NCBI GenBank assembly: GCA_018985235.1
Contig: JADGIG010000023.1
Span: 1 to 41,419 of the forward strand
Direction of reading: 5' to 3'
From: Sanchytrium tribonematis
Taxonomy: Eukaryota
Length of the DNA: 41,419 nucleotides
Within the stretch, counting starts at the first letter, position 1; each line of letters begins with the position of its first letter. Positions 1 through 10,894 of the stretch are shown here, in pieces. Made by a program: the position numbers and the translations under genes. The notes under the pieces were generated by a model that saw only the letters and a list, made by a program, of their open reading frames with translations, did not search any database and was not told the DNA's origin.

Positions 1-516
1 TCATTAATATTCTACATCCAATTAATCAATACGAAACACATTTGGAAACGCGCATACAATATAACATAAAACAATATAATTATCAGCTACAACAATTAGC
101 TAATTGGGTATTTTTACCATCGATATCTGCCATGAAGAATCTTTGCAAAAGTAAAAATAGTTTTATCTTGACATTAATTGAATTTTCATCACGACTCTTT
201 TAAAAATTCCAGATTGTCATTTCATCGATGACATGTATTCTTTTTAGGTTACACTCCACATACATCAATGGAGTGACATAATTAGTAGATTTGATGGAAC
301 AGATTATTTGCATCTTATTGATTACAGCCTCAGAATTAAATGAGTATTGTCAAATAAAAAAGGTTATGTTTTAATTTATTTGTGGAGATCCCTAATTGCA
401 ACTATAAAATTAAATATTTACTGGCTCTCTACAACTAAAGCTCGTCAAAAATTTGTTTCTGAATGTAACCAAACAGTACGAAGAAGAAGATTTATTAAAG
501 GGGTTTTTAATAGTCA

Positions 517-768
517 ATGACGACATCAAACTACGATTTGCTGCGACTCAACGACATTCATGATAAAGTCAATCCATTGAAAATTTTACCCATGGATTTT
601 CAAGGACCATTTTCCATCTGCACTGATCATGATGGAGTAGTTTTCTATAATATTGGAAGTCGTTTGTGCAAACTTGTGCCAATATCAGTTCAAGAGAGTG
701 AGCAATTTGCAAAGCATCTAAACAATCAGTGGTTTTGTAGATATCCAAATCCTTGTGTCTCGATTTAA
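517..768 (+). mobile_element. Degenerate LTR-retrotransposon integrase (rve) core fragment
   Basis: Peptide NPLKILPMDFQGPF...SRLCKLVPI...AKHLNNQWFCRYPNP resembles the start of the Ty3/Gypsy integrase core (P..i.mDf.GP...SrwveLvP...W.CRYP.P); truncated. Confidence 0.65.
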
Positions 769-1009
769 GCGACTAGAAGATTTTGTAGAAATCCTTTATC
801 TATAATTGATAACACATTCCGTGTTACATTCCCTTTTCTAAGAGTCGCTAATACCCATATTTATAATCAAACACACCCAAATTAATAATTTATAATACAG
901 ATTAGGGACCTTGCGATTTCTAATTACGTTTCCAATTTCGTTTCGTTTCAGAAACCTAAACACTGCTGAAAGAAGCGAATAACCCAAAAAACAAGTTGAA
1001 AAGTATACC

Positions 1010-1700
1010 AGAGGGTCAATTTAACCTGAATTGCTTCACCGATGATGATTGCTGGCCATACTTTATTTTTTAAGGAAGATGTTATTTTACTGTTTGATTT
1101 ACTCGAAACACCTTCAAGTATTAAGCTTGACAATGGATCTACATGTGACGGTATTACATCATTTTGCATTTTTTACGAAGAATGGCATACCCGAGTAGAC
1201 TGTGTGATTTTGTGCCTTTTATGTTGAAGAATCGAAAATATTTAAATTCAAGAACATGATAGATTAATTAATTCACAAACAATCTTCAAGTCATCTTTTA
1301 ACTAAAGAATATGTCACAGATATTAAATAAATATTAGGATTTGAATATTCCATTATTGAATTCATTGACGGCATTATAAGACAAATTTGGCGTATTTCAA
1401 AAAGTATTTTATAACGAGAATAGCACAAACATTGCATTAAATTCCAAAGTACCATTTTATTAAACGCAAATATTGTTTACTTGTCAACTCCATATGAAGG
1501 CACAATACATGACACTTCAGTTTTTAGACTGTCTGGAATTACAAATATTATTGAGCAAAAACAAGAAAGATTTCAAGATTCAATATGTTTGTATGGGGAT
1601 CCCGCATCAGCTAAGAGATTTATTTTATCGCCATACAAATGCAATATTGTTTTATGTTATATTGTATGCGCGTTTCCAAATGTGTTTCGTATTGATTAAT
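1010..1700 (+). mobile_element. PIF/Harbinger DDE transposase pseudogene (frameshifted)
   Basis: Pieces read across several frames in the correct order: FNLNCFTDDDCW, KEDVILLFDLLETP..IKLDNG..CDG, RRMAYPSRLCD, FIDGIIRQIWR, KHCIKFQS, STPYEGTIHDTSVFRLSG, LYGDPA. These match HARBI1-type motifs (RRLAYP, IDG, HD, GD). Boundaries approximate. Confidence 0.8.
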
Positions 1701-1959
1701 TGGATGTAGAATATTAATGACTGTTTTAAATTCGATTAAAAGTAAGTCGATATCTTACATCTAATGCTTTTGCAAATGCACATCATCTTCTGACATCAAA
1801 AAAGATCATCAACATAAAATGGCAAACAATTTTAGCTTTCTTCTCTTCATTGTCTCATTTATTATATCAATATATAAATAGGGAGAGAACTTTGTACCTA
1901 GTGGCATTAAAAATGGAGATAATAAGCTGAAAGACAGGGAGTGAACTGGCAATAGATTT

Positions 1960-2400
1960 GTTTTGAAACACATTTGTTAAATGTTGAACCTGATTTGTCT
2001 CATTATCAGAAATCACTAACAAATCGTCTATATACAATAGTATAAACGGCAGATGCCCAAATGATTTGTGTATCAATTGCTGGAATGCTTTTAATGAAAT
2101 ACCATCAAAAGTCTTTTAAATTAAAATGTGCTAAAAGAAATACAAAAGACAGTGTTCTGCATGGAGGCAGTATATAATATTTGCTATTATCATAATAGCC
2201 AAATTTTAATATCCAAAAGACCAAATATTTTAATTTTCCTGCATGATACAGCAAACCATCAATTAACGGGATTGGGAAATGTAATCGCTTTACAAATTTG
2301 TTAAGTATCTTGCTATTAACAAAACCGTTCGCCAAGAATCAGGTGGTTTTGGAATTTATAAAGCTCTTGATGTAAAGGCACTTGTCATTCAAATGTGGTA
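1960..2400 (-). mobile_element. Ty3/Gypsy reverse transcriptase fragment (copy 1, degenerate)
   Basis: AFIIPKPPDSWRTV, LNKFVKRLHFPIPLIDGLL, AFQQLIHKSFGHLPFILLYIDDLLVISDNE..HLTNVF (YIDD catalytic motif); stops and frameshifts. Confidence 0.8.
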
Positions 2401-2539
2401 ATTTTGGTATTAAGTCCTTAACTAATTGTTTTAGCCCACTGGTTTGGGATTCTAGAATGCGAAATGGCTACGTTATATATTGCTCAGGAAGTGACAGTTG
2501 GAAACTTTTATCGCACTCAAGAACAAACGTCTCTTAAAG

Positions 2540-3390
2540 TCAAGATTAATTTTGGAAAAGCATCCTCATGACGCTGTTTTCAATGGAATAACACATCTTT
2601 CTTCAACAAATTATATAATGGGACCGCTTTGTCAGCAAATTGATGAAAATGGGCCTGGTAAAAGGAGACCGTGCCTAAAAATGTTCTAATTTGTTTCATT
2701 GTTTGTGGTCTAGGATAGTCAATTATTGGCTAGATCCGAGATGGATCAGGTCTGACTCCATTAAGATTTATCAAAAAATCCCAAATAGTCAATTTCCTGA
2801 AGCATAAACTTACATTTCTGCAGCCCCGTTTTGACATTGTATGATTCCAAGATCTTCATGACTTTATTTAGCACCTCCAAATGTCTCTCCTTTGTCTCGG
2901 TCATCACGACAATGTCATCCTGGAAAACCATCACTTCATTGTCCAATAAGGGACGAAGCCCTTCGGAAGGTCTTATTAGTATTTTTCAAGCCAAATGGCA
3001 TCTTTAAATATCTATAAAACTCTTTGTGTGTGACGAAAGTAGTCATCTCAACATCAGCTGGGTTCAGCAGCACTTGCCAATATCTCTTTCGACAATCAAT
3101 TTTGCTGAAATATCTTTAATCACGGAATTGAGACAAAATTTCATCAATCCTAGGCAGCTGGTATTGATCTGGTGTTGTATGAAGACCCAATTGTCGATAA
3201 TCAGCACAGAACCTGAATTGATCCTCTGATCTAGGTTTGGGTGCTAAGACCACACTTGCAACATATTCTGTATGATCCGCTACCTCCTGAATGATTTCCT
3301 GATCCAGTATATACCGGATTTTATCTTCAATAAAATCCGCTGCGCTTGAGACGCACGATACGGCCAACTTCGGAGAGAGACCCAGTAGTC
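2540..3390 (-). mobile_element. Ty3/Gypsy reverse transcriptase fragment (copy 2, degenerate)
   Basis: PYRAS..DFIEDKIRYILDQEII, VVLAPKP..QFRFCADYRQL..TTPDQYQLPRIDEIL, FQDDIVV...HLEVLNKVMKILESYNVK..LQKCKF..EIDYLGF, then linker GPIYNLLKKDV..HEDAF; multiple disablements. Confidence 0.85.
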
Positions 3391-3394
3391 TGCA

Positions 3395-3615
3395 ATTTAT
3401 GGAATATGGGAATTATTCTGGAAGTATGATTTGCTACTGATTCAATCAAGTATTGATCATCTTTTTTAGCTAATTGTGTTGCTTCTCTAGGTACGAGATT
3501 ATTTCGTTTTAACATACCACCATACCAATTTCTTGACGCTTTGAATGTTCCATCATTAAATGCTTCAAAATCTTTTTTTTTCCATTTATAAATTCTATCG
3601 TAACTAATCATAACA
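3395..3615 (-). mobile_element. pogo/Tigger (Tc5/CENP-B-type HTH) transposase fragment
   Basis: FKASRNWYGGMLKRNNLVPREATQLAKK matches the FKASxGWxxxFxKRxxLxxRxxT motif of pogo-family transposases. Confidence 0.7.
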
Positions 3616-3649
3616 TTACAAATTTGATTCTTTCAATAATAATCTCTTC

Positions 3650-4440
3650 AATTGATCCAAATCTCATATTGTGCCCAATTGATACCATTTTATGACAAGT
3701 TGCACAACCTCACTTCTGGCAATGAAATCTTCATCCAAGTCCATGTCAGCAACAACACAAACTATTAGTTTGGATTCGCACTAATCGACCTCCAATATTT
3801 AGCTTCATCAATCTCATGTCTGTGCTATCATAATGTTTTAAGATATCTTTACCAATCAATAGATCATATTTCTTGTTGTTCCAAACACAATTGCCATTTT
3901 AAACTTGTGCACTTCAATTAAAAATTTCAATTTTGGTTTTTTTTCCGATATTACTTGAGGTAGAGGCAGTTGTGAAGTTTCTTGTTGTGTTACTCAACGA
4001 CAAATTAAAATCTTGAACTACCTTTTCATTCACCAAAGTAATGCTACCACCAGTGTCAATCATTCCATTTTATGGGATACCATTGAATAAGACAGATGTC
4101 CAAATTGATTTGGTTCCCTGTTCCTCAATCAAATTTATTGTATCTTTATTGGGACGTTCAGCCTTGCGATGTTCCTTCTTGCCGCAAGTTAGACACAAAC
4201 CTTGTTTCATTTTCTCGTATCTTAATTTCTGCTCTTCAAAGTACTGGGGTTTAATTGGTGTTTGATCCTTGTCTTCTTTTTCACTATTTAAATTGTTTTT
4301 GTCACCATCATTTCCTGATGATCTTTGTGGGGCTTATTCTTTTCGAACCTGTTCTTCTCATTTATTGCTAATTCCTTAAATTCAGCAATAATTCTAGCTT
4401 CCAAAAGTGTGCTAGGTTGAGGAACGCATTCCTCATTGGA
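3650..4440 (-). mobile_element. Ty3/Gypsy gag C-terminus (zinc knuckle) and aspartic protease, degenerate
   Basis: Minus strand: PQPSTLLEARIIAE (gag), MKQGLCLTCGKKEHRKAERP (CX2CX4HX4C with the last C mutated), then GMIDTGGSITLV (DTG protease motif); stops present. Confidence 0.75.
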
Positions 4441-4458
4441 TAATCAATTGTTTTTGGT

Positions 4459-4797
4459 TTATTTTTGGACTCCAATTCCCCAAAAGTACATTTCTCTCTC
4501 TTGCATCTGAGCCTCAAATGCCAAATTTTTGTTATTCACTGCTACTTCAAATTCATGTTGTTGCTGTGCAAGCTGTGCCCGCATATTCCTTTCATGTTTT
4601 ACCATTCTTTGTTCTTTATGCTCCAATCCAACTTTAAATTTATTTAATCGGCGTTTCAATTTAGCCAACTGCACTGAATTCATTGTTATATTCCCAGTGT
4701 TTTCATCTAACACTAGCACATGCTCCACTAATTGAACCATCTTGTCCATTTTCTTTGAAAATGCGTTCAAATGGCACAAACCAAATAGATGTTGCAT
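4459..4797 (-). pseudogene. Coiled-coil ORF, possibly the gag N-terminal part of the adjacent retroelement
   Basis: Same strand as, and upstream of, the gag/protease remnants; heptad-rich sequence with no diagnostic motif. Confidence 0.3.
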
Positions 4798-4929
4798 AAT
4801 TTAGAACTGACAACAACCCCTCGCTATCATGTAATTACCCTTGCTTTTTAATACTGATTAAATCTTGTACGAATTGTAATAAACTTTACGTTTATGTTTG
4901 ATCATTAAAGATTGTAATTTGTGTGAATG

Positions 4930-5060
4930 ATTTCCATTTGTCATTTTAAAAAACCAAAGACTTTAATTGTAGTGAGGGATTATCAAAATTGATATCGAAA
5001 TCTCCTACAAATATGGTTTGATGATCTTGGAAATGAAGCTTCATCTTTCTGTAAATTAGT
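4930..5060 (-). mobile_element. Possible EEP/APE endonuclease remnant (LINE-like)
   Basis: Minus-strand peptide KMKLHFQDHQTIFVGDFDINFDNP resembles the GDFN motif; only this one motif seen. Confidence 0.3.
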
Positions 5061-5974
5061 TTCACAACTCTAAGCTGTAACGCTTTTTAAAATTAGACCC
5101 GTGCTAAATTTCACAGGATTAAAAAGAACACCGGTGTCATAATGACCTAGTGGATCAGGGATTCAGATTCCATTTTCAACGAACGGTCTTAATGGCACGT
5201 AAAATGCTCGAGAACCCGATGAAGAGTATTGTATATTTATTAATAAACAGATACCCCTCTTTCACGTGCTATTATCCAATGACTCTTATTGCAAGACGCC
5301 GATTTGTACTATAACCAACAACTCGATGTCATTAGCTCATGACAATTCACCTGCCTATTGCCATTTTTTAAGCAATATCAATTAAGTTTCTTTTTGGTAT
5401 CACATAGGAAAAGTTTGAGAGTGTCAACTGGGTTTATTCAGAAGAATTGGGGATGGTGGGTTGGCCACAATATACCAAACAACATCGGATTAAGACGCGG
5501 GGTCCTCCTTAATAACAAGGAAATAGGGAATTGGAAAGGCTGGGGAGGATAAAGCAGAGTTCGGAAGAGGGGCAGGTGTCACTGAGCCGTAGGATCGAGG
5601 TGTAGGTTTACAGATACAACGCCGGGGGTGGGCTTCGCCATCCACCCCAACTTGAAAAAATAGTCATCAACGTTTCATCTGGGAGTTCTTCTTAGTTGCT
5701 TTGCTGTGCAACTTCTTCAAATCGTCATATTGCGTGTTCATGCCCTCTGCTAGCCACCTCAGTCATCACATCATTGATTTCACCCATCTGAATAGTATTA
5801 TAATCACCCAAATCGGATGATCTGCGCAGCAAACATAAGACTAAAGAAAGGGAGATTGAAAATCAGATCGTTGACCCAAGAGTTGGCGAAAATATTAAGT
5901 TCTATTTTGTCACTTATTTTCAATTTTTGGGTATTTTAGCTTTGTGCCTAATTTGACAATTTGCAACGATTAGC

Positions 5975-7009
5975 TTAATTAGATTTATTAAATTGAACCA
6001 CTTTCCAACCACGAGTGACCGGATTATGAATATTGTTTTCATCAACTGTAAAAACGAAAACGTATCTGTACTGGGTTAGCTTTTGATCAGTACCCGCAAC
6101 AATTTTATCTCCAACTTTAAATATAGTTAATTCTTCGGCCAAACTCGTGACCAGCAAAACAGGTTTACCTTCTTCCCTTACAATTTTCAGCAGTTGCGTA
6201 TCTCTAATATCTATAAGTTGTGACGCATTGGCCCATTTCTTGTCTGCAAATTCTTTCTCCATGAGCTTTACAATATTTAAACTGGATTCATTCATCCATT
6301 CGCTCAGCCGTTGTTGATTATTCTCGATAATACTTTCTATTATTTCCGGAATAAAGAGGGATCTACAGTCTTGCAAAAATATATCTGGATGAAATAGAGG
6401 GTCCAATCCCCTGATTTCTGAAATTAGTTTAGCCTGTTCGCTTGGTTGTAATAAGGATGTTGTAAAGTTAGTGATATTCTGAATCATATCTCTTGCTACT
6501 AATAAAGTGGTGGAATTGCTATTGTCAATCGATTTGGAAAACTTAGAAAGCGAATCACTAAATGGATTTTTTAACTTCCATGTAGATGATGTGATCATTT
6601 CTGTTTCATCAGATTCTTTTATAACTGTTTGGGCCATTTTACGCGCTCGAATGACTTCCCTTAATTCTCTAGGTGGCATGCCACCAAATTGGACGGCTTC
6701 CTCACGTAATTGTTGTAGATTGGTCTTAATATACGGATGATCGGCAATATGCTCTATAGTATCGCCCAAGAATTTGAATGTTGTACCGATTGGCGATGAT
6801 TTGAGATTGTCTATAATTTTACGAGGCATATCATATTGTTTTGCTTGAATATTTAATTTTGGTAAATTGTTTGTCGTATCTGCTATTCTTTTTAAATTTG
6901 TTTTCATATTCTCGCTCTGCTCTACCTGACGATTCAAGCTTTCTTTGAATACTTGTACTGTAGACTTACTTGAGTTTTTGGAAGCACAACGAAGCAAATA
7001 CTTTAACAT
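5975..7009 (-). CDS. TIM44: Mitochondrial inner-membrane import translocase subunit Tim44
   Basis: Basic presequence from the ATG at 7009 (MLKYLLRCASK..), FKESLNRQVEQSENMK, and C-terminal Tim44 domain (EIRGLDPLFHPDIFLQDCRSLFIPEIIE...KIVAG...NPVTRGWKVV). Confidence 0.88.
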   Translation of the reverse strand: MLKYLLRCASKNSSKSTVQVFKESLNRQVEQSENMKTNLKRIADTTNNLPKLNIQAKQYDMPRKIIDNLKSSPIGTTFKFLGDTIEHIADHPYIKTNLQQLREEAVQFGGMPPRELREVIRARKMAQTVIKESDETEMITSSTWKLKNPFSDSLSKFSKSIDNSNSTTLLVARDMIQNITNFTTSLLQPSEQAKLISEIRGLDPLFHPDIFLQDCRSLFIPEIIESIIENNQQRLSEWMNESSLNIVKLMEKEFADKKWANASQLIDIRDTQLLKIVREEGKPVLLVTSLAEELTIFKVGDKIVAGTDQKLTQYRYVFVFTVDENNIHNPVTRGWKVVQFNKSN

Positions 7010-7073
7010 TTCTCCGGTTTCAAAATATAAAAGTCGTTCACCATTTTGTGTACTACTGTTTAACATATATTTA

Positions 7074-8276
7074 CTATACATAATTTTTTATTTGCACTCT
7101 AAGAATTGGAGATTGAATTTTTAGCAAATCCAAGTTAACGTTCAAATCGTCCATTTTCATGTAAACTAAAAAGTTGACTTGCAAGTAACTTAGTACATAT
7201 TTTTCAATCATCATCAAAGTATACTGATCAGGACACGTTGTGTCGATGTACCAACTTTGCAAATCCAGATAAAAGGGACTGTCCGGATCGAAATACTTCT
7301 TGATAAATTTCTGAACTTGGAGAGGCTTTTTCATATCCAAGTGGTGAATGTCTTCTACATAAAGTGCATACTGCCCAAAACAAGAACTGGAACACAATGT
7401 CACAAACGCATTCCAAGAATTTTTGTTTCTTAATATGTCTTGAATGTCCAAATGTGCTGTCAACTTACGTTTACTCAGCAAAACAGGATAAACTGTCCAA
7501 GAGAATATTATGAGAGAGTTGAATACATTATAGTACACTCTAGAGAGTTGAAAAGCTGGATCGATTGCTGTACCGACCACTCCAACCACCCATACTAAGC
7601 CATATAAAATAGTTGCTAGGGTAGTCATGAAAAACGAATTTCTGATTTTGAAAATGTCTGTATCAAACTTAATGTAATTAAGCACTGATACACTAAATAT
7701 GACCAGTATGATACCGACGACTATTGTGAAAAAATGACCCCAAGATCTGCATTGGATCGCACCTGAACTATTGGAAGTTGTGCCCACGATTAGTGTATAA
7801 ATGCAATAATCAATCGTACCTGGAAGGACAAACAGTAGAAATAAAATTAACATTTTTCTTCTTTTGATCTTTTTTAGAAAGCTAGGGTTATCCCAAAAGT
7901 GAGAATCTTTGTTAATTCCACTAATCAGCATACAAATTGATTTCATTGTATTTGTATATTTTCTATCCTTCACATTTCCTTGATTCAAAATACGACACGC
8001 AAAAATCGTATACATTAGCAATATAGATGAAGGTAGGTACGAATATGTTATTCCATAAGCAGTGCAGCTAATTGAAAAGTTCACTCCACTTGTGTCGAAT
8101 TTCAAAAAAGTATCTATTATTGACAGAATTTCAAGCAAGAACACCAATATTAAAGTCAATGTTGGCATTCGAATTTGTATAAAAGCTTTGTTGGAATTTG
8201 ATATGAAGTAGCAAAGACAAGTAAAATCAAACGCGATTTTGATTAATAAATAGAATAATGACTCAAATTCAAACAT
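7074..8276 (-). CDS. Multi-pass (7TM-like) membrane protein with a C-terminal RGS-like domain
   Basis: About 7 hydrophobic segments, IQIRMP after TM1, then IQDILRNKNSWNAFVTLC...FIKKYFDPDSPFYLDL resembling RGS helices; first ATG at 8276. Confidence 0.6.
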   Translation of the reverse strand: MFEFESLFYLLIKIAFDFTCLCYFISNSNKAFIQIRMPTLTLILVFLLEILSIIDTFLKFDTSGVNFSISCTAYGITYSYLPSSILLMYTIFACRILNQGNVKDRKYTNTMKSICMLISGINKDSHFWDNPSFLKKIKRRKMLILFLLFVLPGTIDYCIYTLIVGTTSNSSGAIQCRSWGHFFTIVVGIILVIFSVSVLNYIKFDTDIFKIRNSFFMTTLATILYGLVWVVGVVGTAIDPAFQLSRVYYNVFNSLIIFSWTVYPVLLSKRKLTAHLDIQDILRNKNSWNAFVTLCSSSCFGQYALYVEDIHHLDMKKPLQVQKFIKKYFDPDSPFYLDLQSWYIDTTCPDQYTLMMIEKYVLSYLQVNFLVYMKMDDLNVNLDLLKIQSPILRVQIKNYV

Positions 8277-8343
8277 TTGTGGCTTTGATAAATATTTTGA
8301 ATACAATTGGCGGTGATCTTGTAGTACAGCTATTTATTAATAC

Positions 8344-9234
8344 CTATAAGTCCAAATACTTGGTAATGAGGTAATGAGAATCGATTGATTCGATATTACC
8401 ACTTTTAATTTTATCGGCTTCTGCTTTGACAATCTTTTCCAGACTAATTTCTAGATCCCATCCACAGAAGTATCGAACACAATTGGCCGAATATAGAGGA
8501 AATGGGATGTTATTCTCCTTGAAGATTAATTTCAAGTTCTTTAATTTATCAGCCTTCAAAGATTTTAAGCGCTCTGCGACGACTTTTTTTTGAAAAGTCA
8601 CCAAAGCTCTTTTAGTTTCCCTCGCTGACTTTCTCTCCTCAACTTGACGAAACGAAAATTTCGAGTAAACAAGGCTTTCGAGAATATCAACGGGCATATA
8701 ACAAGCACCTCTAGTACTATGGCAGCATCTGGAAAAAGGTACGTCATTGCAATATCTCCATTTTCTGATCAAACTATCAGGTATGCAATATTTCTCGGCG
8801 GCTTTGCTTTGATTTATAAGACCTGATTTATCTGGACAATTTAAGCATTCTGAACAGTACCTGAACAATTTGCCTTTGAAGATCACACTTGGCATATAGA
8901 GCCACTGACTTTTTTTGCAATTTCTACCACAGCAGATTCCAAATAATGATTTCAAATCCTTAACCTTAAAGTTAAAGTCAATAATTTGGTTGAGTCGAGA
9001 ACTAGATAGCTTTAAGCTATAAATTTTGGCCAAAGATTCTTTGGTAGGTATCTCGATGATTTTTTGGACTATTATGTACCAGATATCATCAGGAAACCCA
9101 CCAAAATCATACCTGAACCTTTTAGTAGGACTGTCAAAACTCTCTTTCACTACATCTTTCGATACTGAATTTATACACGATTTTCCCATTGTAAAACTAA
9201 ACTGATACGTCGCGATCCCGGGACATGGAGACAT
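8344..9234 (-). CDS. F-box-like plus Zn-finger/XPA-C-terminal-like protein
   Basis: FPDDIWYIIVQKI (F-box-like); Cys pairs CCGRNC..YCSEC; LINQSKAAEKYCIPDSL and downstream charged helix resemble the XPA DNA-binding region. Confidence 0.5.
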   Translation of the reverse strand: MSPCPGIATYQFSFTMGKSCINSVSKDVVKESFDSPTKRFRYDFGGFPDDIWYIIVQKIIEIPTKESLAKIYSLKLSSSRLNQIIDFNFKVKDLKSLFGICCGRNCKKSQWLYMPSVIFKGKLFRYCSECLNCPDKSGLINQSKAAEKYCIPDSLIRKWRYCNDVPFSRCCHSTRGACYMPVDILESLVYSKFSFRQVEERKSARETKRALVTFQKKVVAERLKSLKADKLKNLKLIFKENNIPFPLYSANCVRYFCGWDLEISLEKIVKAEADKIKSGNIESIDSHYLITKYLDL

Positions 9235-9470
9235 CTTAAACTACATCTAGACAGCTAAATTAGTATTGGCTCATTGGCCTTAATTCGTGAAAAGCATTTT
9301 AAACAAAGGTTTAAACAAGGAGTAAGTTGGATGATATCATTTTTGAGCAAACGAACATTCAATCTAAAACAGATCACAATTTTAAATTTATGCATCGGTT
9401 CTTGATTTATTTTAGCAAGATAAAAAATTTACGACTAAATTGAAATTTCATTTATTCTGCATTTATTATC

Positions 9471-9968
9471 TCAAACAGGATAAAAAACTGTATTTTTTTT
9501 CGAGGACTCGTGTACTACCATGCTCTTTTTAAATTCATTCAACTCATTTCGAATATCTACTTTTGTATCTTGCGATAAATGAAATGCTGTGATAGAAGGT
9601 GATGTCTGACGATCGTAGTCCTCTACATGATGTGTTGTTCCAACAATTACTTCTGGACTGAATTGAATTCTGTTTATATTCTTAAGAGAATCAGATTTTT
9701 TTAACGAGCTCTTTACTGGTTGTAACAGTTCGCTGGAACTGCTTTTCTTCATTTTATTTTTAATAACTACTTTTGGAAGATTGGATTTTAATGCGTCGTC
9801 AATTTTTTGTGATTCTCTGGTAAGTCTAACTCTGAGTTCTATCAATTCATCTGGAGTCAGTGGAGTTGAAGGTGAATTCATTTGGCTACTTTTAATTGGA
9901 CTCAGTAAATTTTGGTGATGTTCCTCGGTTTTAACAAACATTTGACGCGTGTCAATTTTTTTGGACAT
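9471..9968 (-). CDS. Small PP1-targeting protein with Bni4/PHACTR-type C-terminus
   Basis: RIQF (RVxF-like), EDYDR, and IRNELNEFKKSMVVHESSKKNTVFY matching the Bni4/PHACTR terminal motif. Confidence 0.7.
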   Translation of the reverse strand: MSKKIDTRQMFVKTEEHHQNLLSPIKSSQMNSPSTPLTPDELIELRVRLTRESQKIDDALKSNLPKVVIKNKMKKSSSSELLQPVKSSLKKSDSLKNINRIQFSPEVIVGTTHHVEDYDRQTSPSITAFHLSQDTKVDIRNELNEFKKSMVVHESSKKNTVFYPV

Positions 9969-10251
9969 TAAAGATGGGTATTGGGTAGTTGGTAAATATT
10001 GTTAGAATTTGTCATCTTTGTAGCAAAGGTTTTAAAGCAATATCGCAATATTGCGTTTAATATTTTCATTTGTTCAAATTCAAAATTTGAGTAAAGTTAT
10101 CAAAGATCAAAAATCTTGCAAACTGACACACAACTTGTTATACAGGCTGCTTAAGGGTCTGCTACAATTATTAACAAAGTGTAATAAAAATAAAATATGA
10201 TCAGTTTTACCCTTGAGCCCCTAACAGATTTAATTCATTTTGGCACTTAAT

Positions 10252-10737
10252 TTATTCATGTGATGACATACCTGTCACTAACGCTGTTCCAACTAAGGCA
10301 CCAACGGTTGCTGATTGCGCGATGATTCTTCCATGTATTAACTTCTCCGAAATTTTCATATTTTTTTGAGAAGACAAATAAACTAATGTCGCTAACATGG
10401 TAGAACCCCATACAGAACCAACAATTTTGTATTTGTTTTCATTAAAGGATTGACGCCAGCTTTTGTCTTGTTTAAGGTGTGTTGGTTTCTCTTGAAAATG
10501 AGAAGATCCTCTTGTAACATATGTCGCTTGCTCGCTACCTATTACAAAGCCTGCCATGCCCGGAGATAAAACTACAAAAGTTTTGGGTCCTAACGCCACA
10601 TTTTTCCATGTTGGCGAATATCGACTTATTGCTAGAGAAGAAATTACTCCTAATCCGAGCCCAATAGCACCGTATTTCATGCCTAACTTTTTTGCGTTTG
10701 TCGTGTATTCTTCTAAGTCGGGACTGCTGACTGCCAT
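10252..10737 (-). CDS. RCF2: Respiratory supercomplex factor 2 (HIG1 domain)
   Basis: N-terminal TM pair, then ENKYKIVGSVWGSTM...SEKLIHGRIIAQSATVGAL (HIG1 QRRQ-type motif). Confidence 0.85.
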   Translation of the reverse strand: MAVSSPDLEEYTTNAKKLGMKYGAIGLGLGVISSLAISRYSPTWKNVALGPKTFVVLSPGMAGFVIGSEQATYVTRGSSHFQEKPTHLKQDKSWRQSFNENKYKIVGSVWGSTMLATLVYLSSQKNMKISEKLIHGRIIAQSATVGALVGTALVTGMSSHE

Positions 10738-10894
10738 TGTGTTGAGGGGTCAAATTTTCTTCGAACTCTTGAAATCGGACAATTTGATGATGGGAACAAT
10801 TTGAAATTCGCTGCATTTATCGATTAATAGAAGTTTATATAAATACAGGCTAAATTTCATTATGATATTCTGACTTATCTTCTCCTTGAAGTAA

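Noticed and set aside
7067..8306. Two adjacent ORFs both listed as starting MYSKY
   Set aside because: The codons differ, one start is TTG, and both lie upstream of the likely true ATGs (7009 and 8276); coincidence
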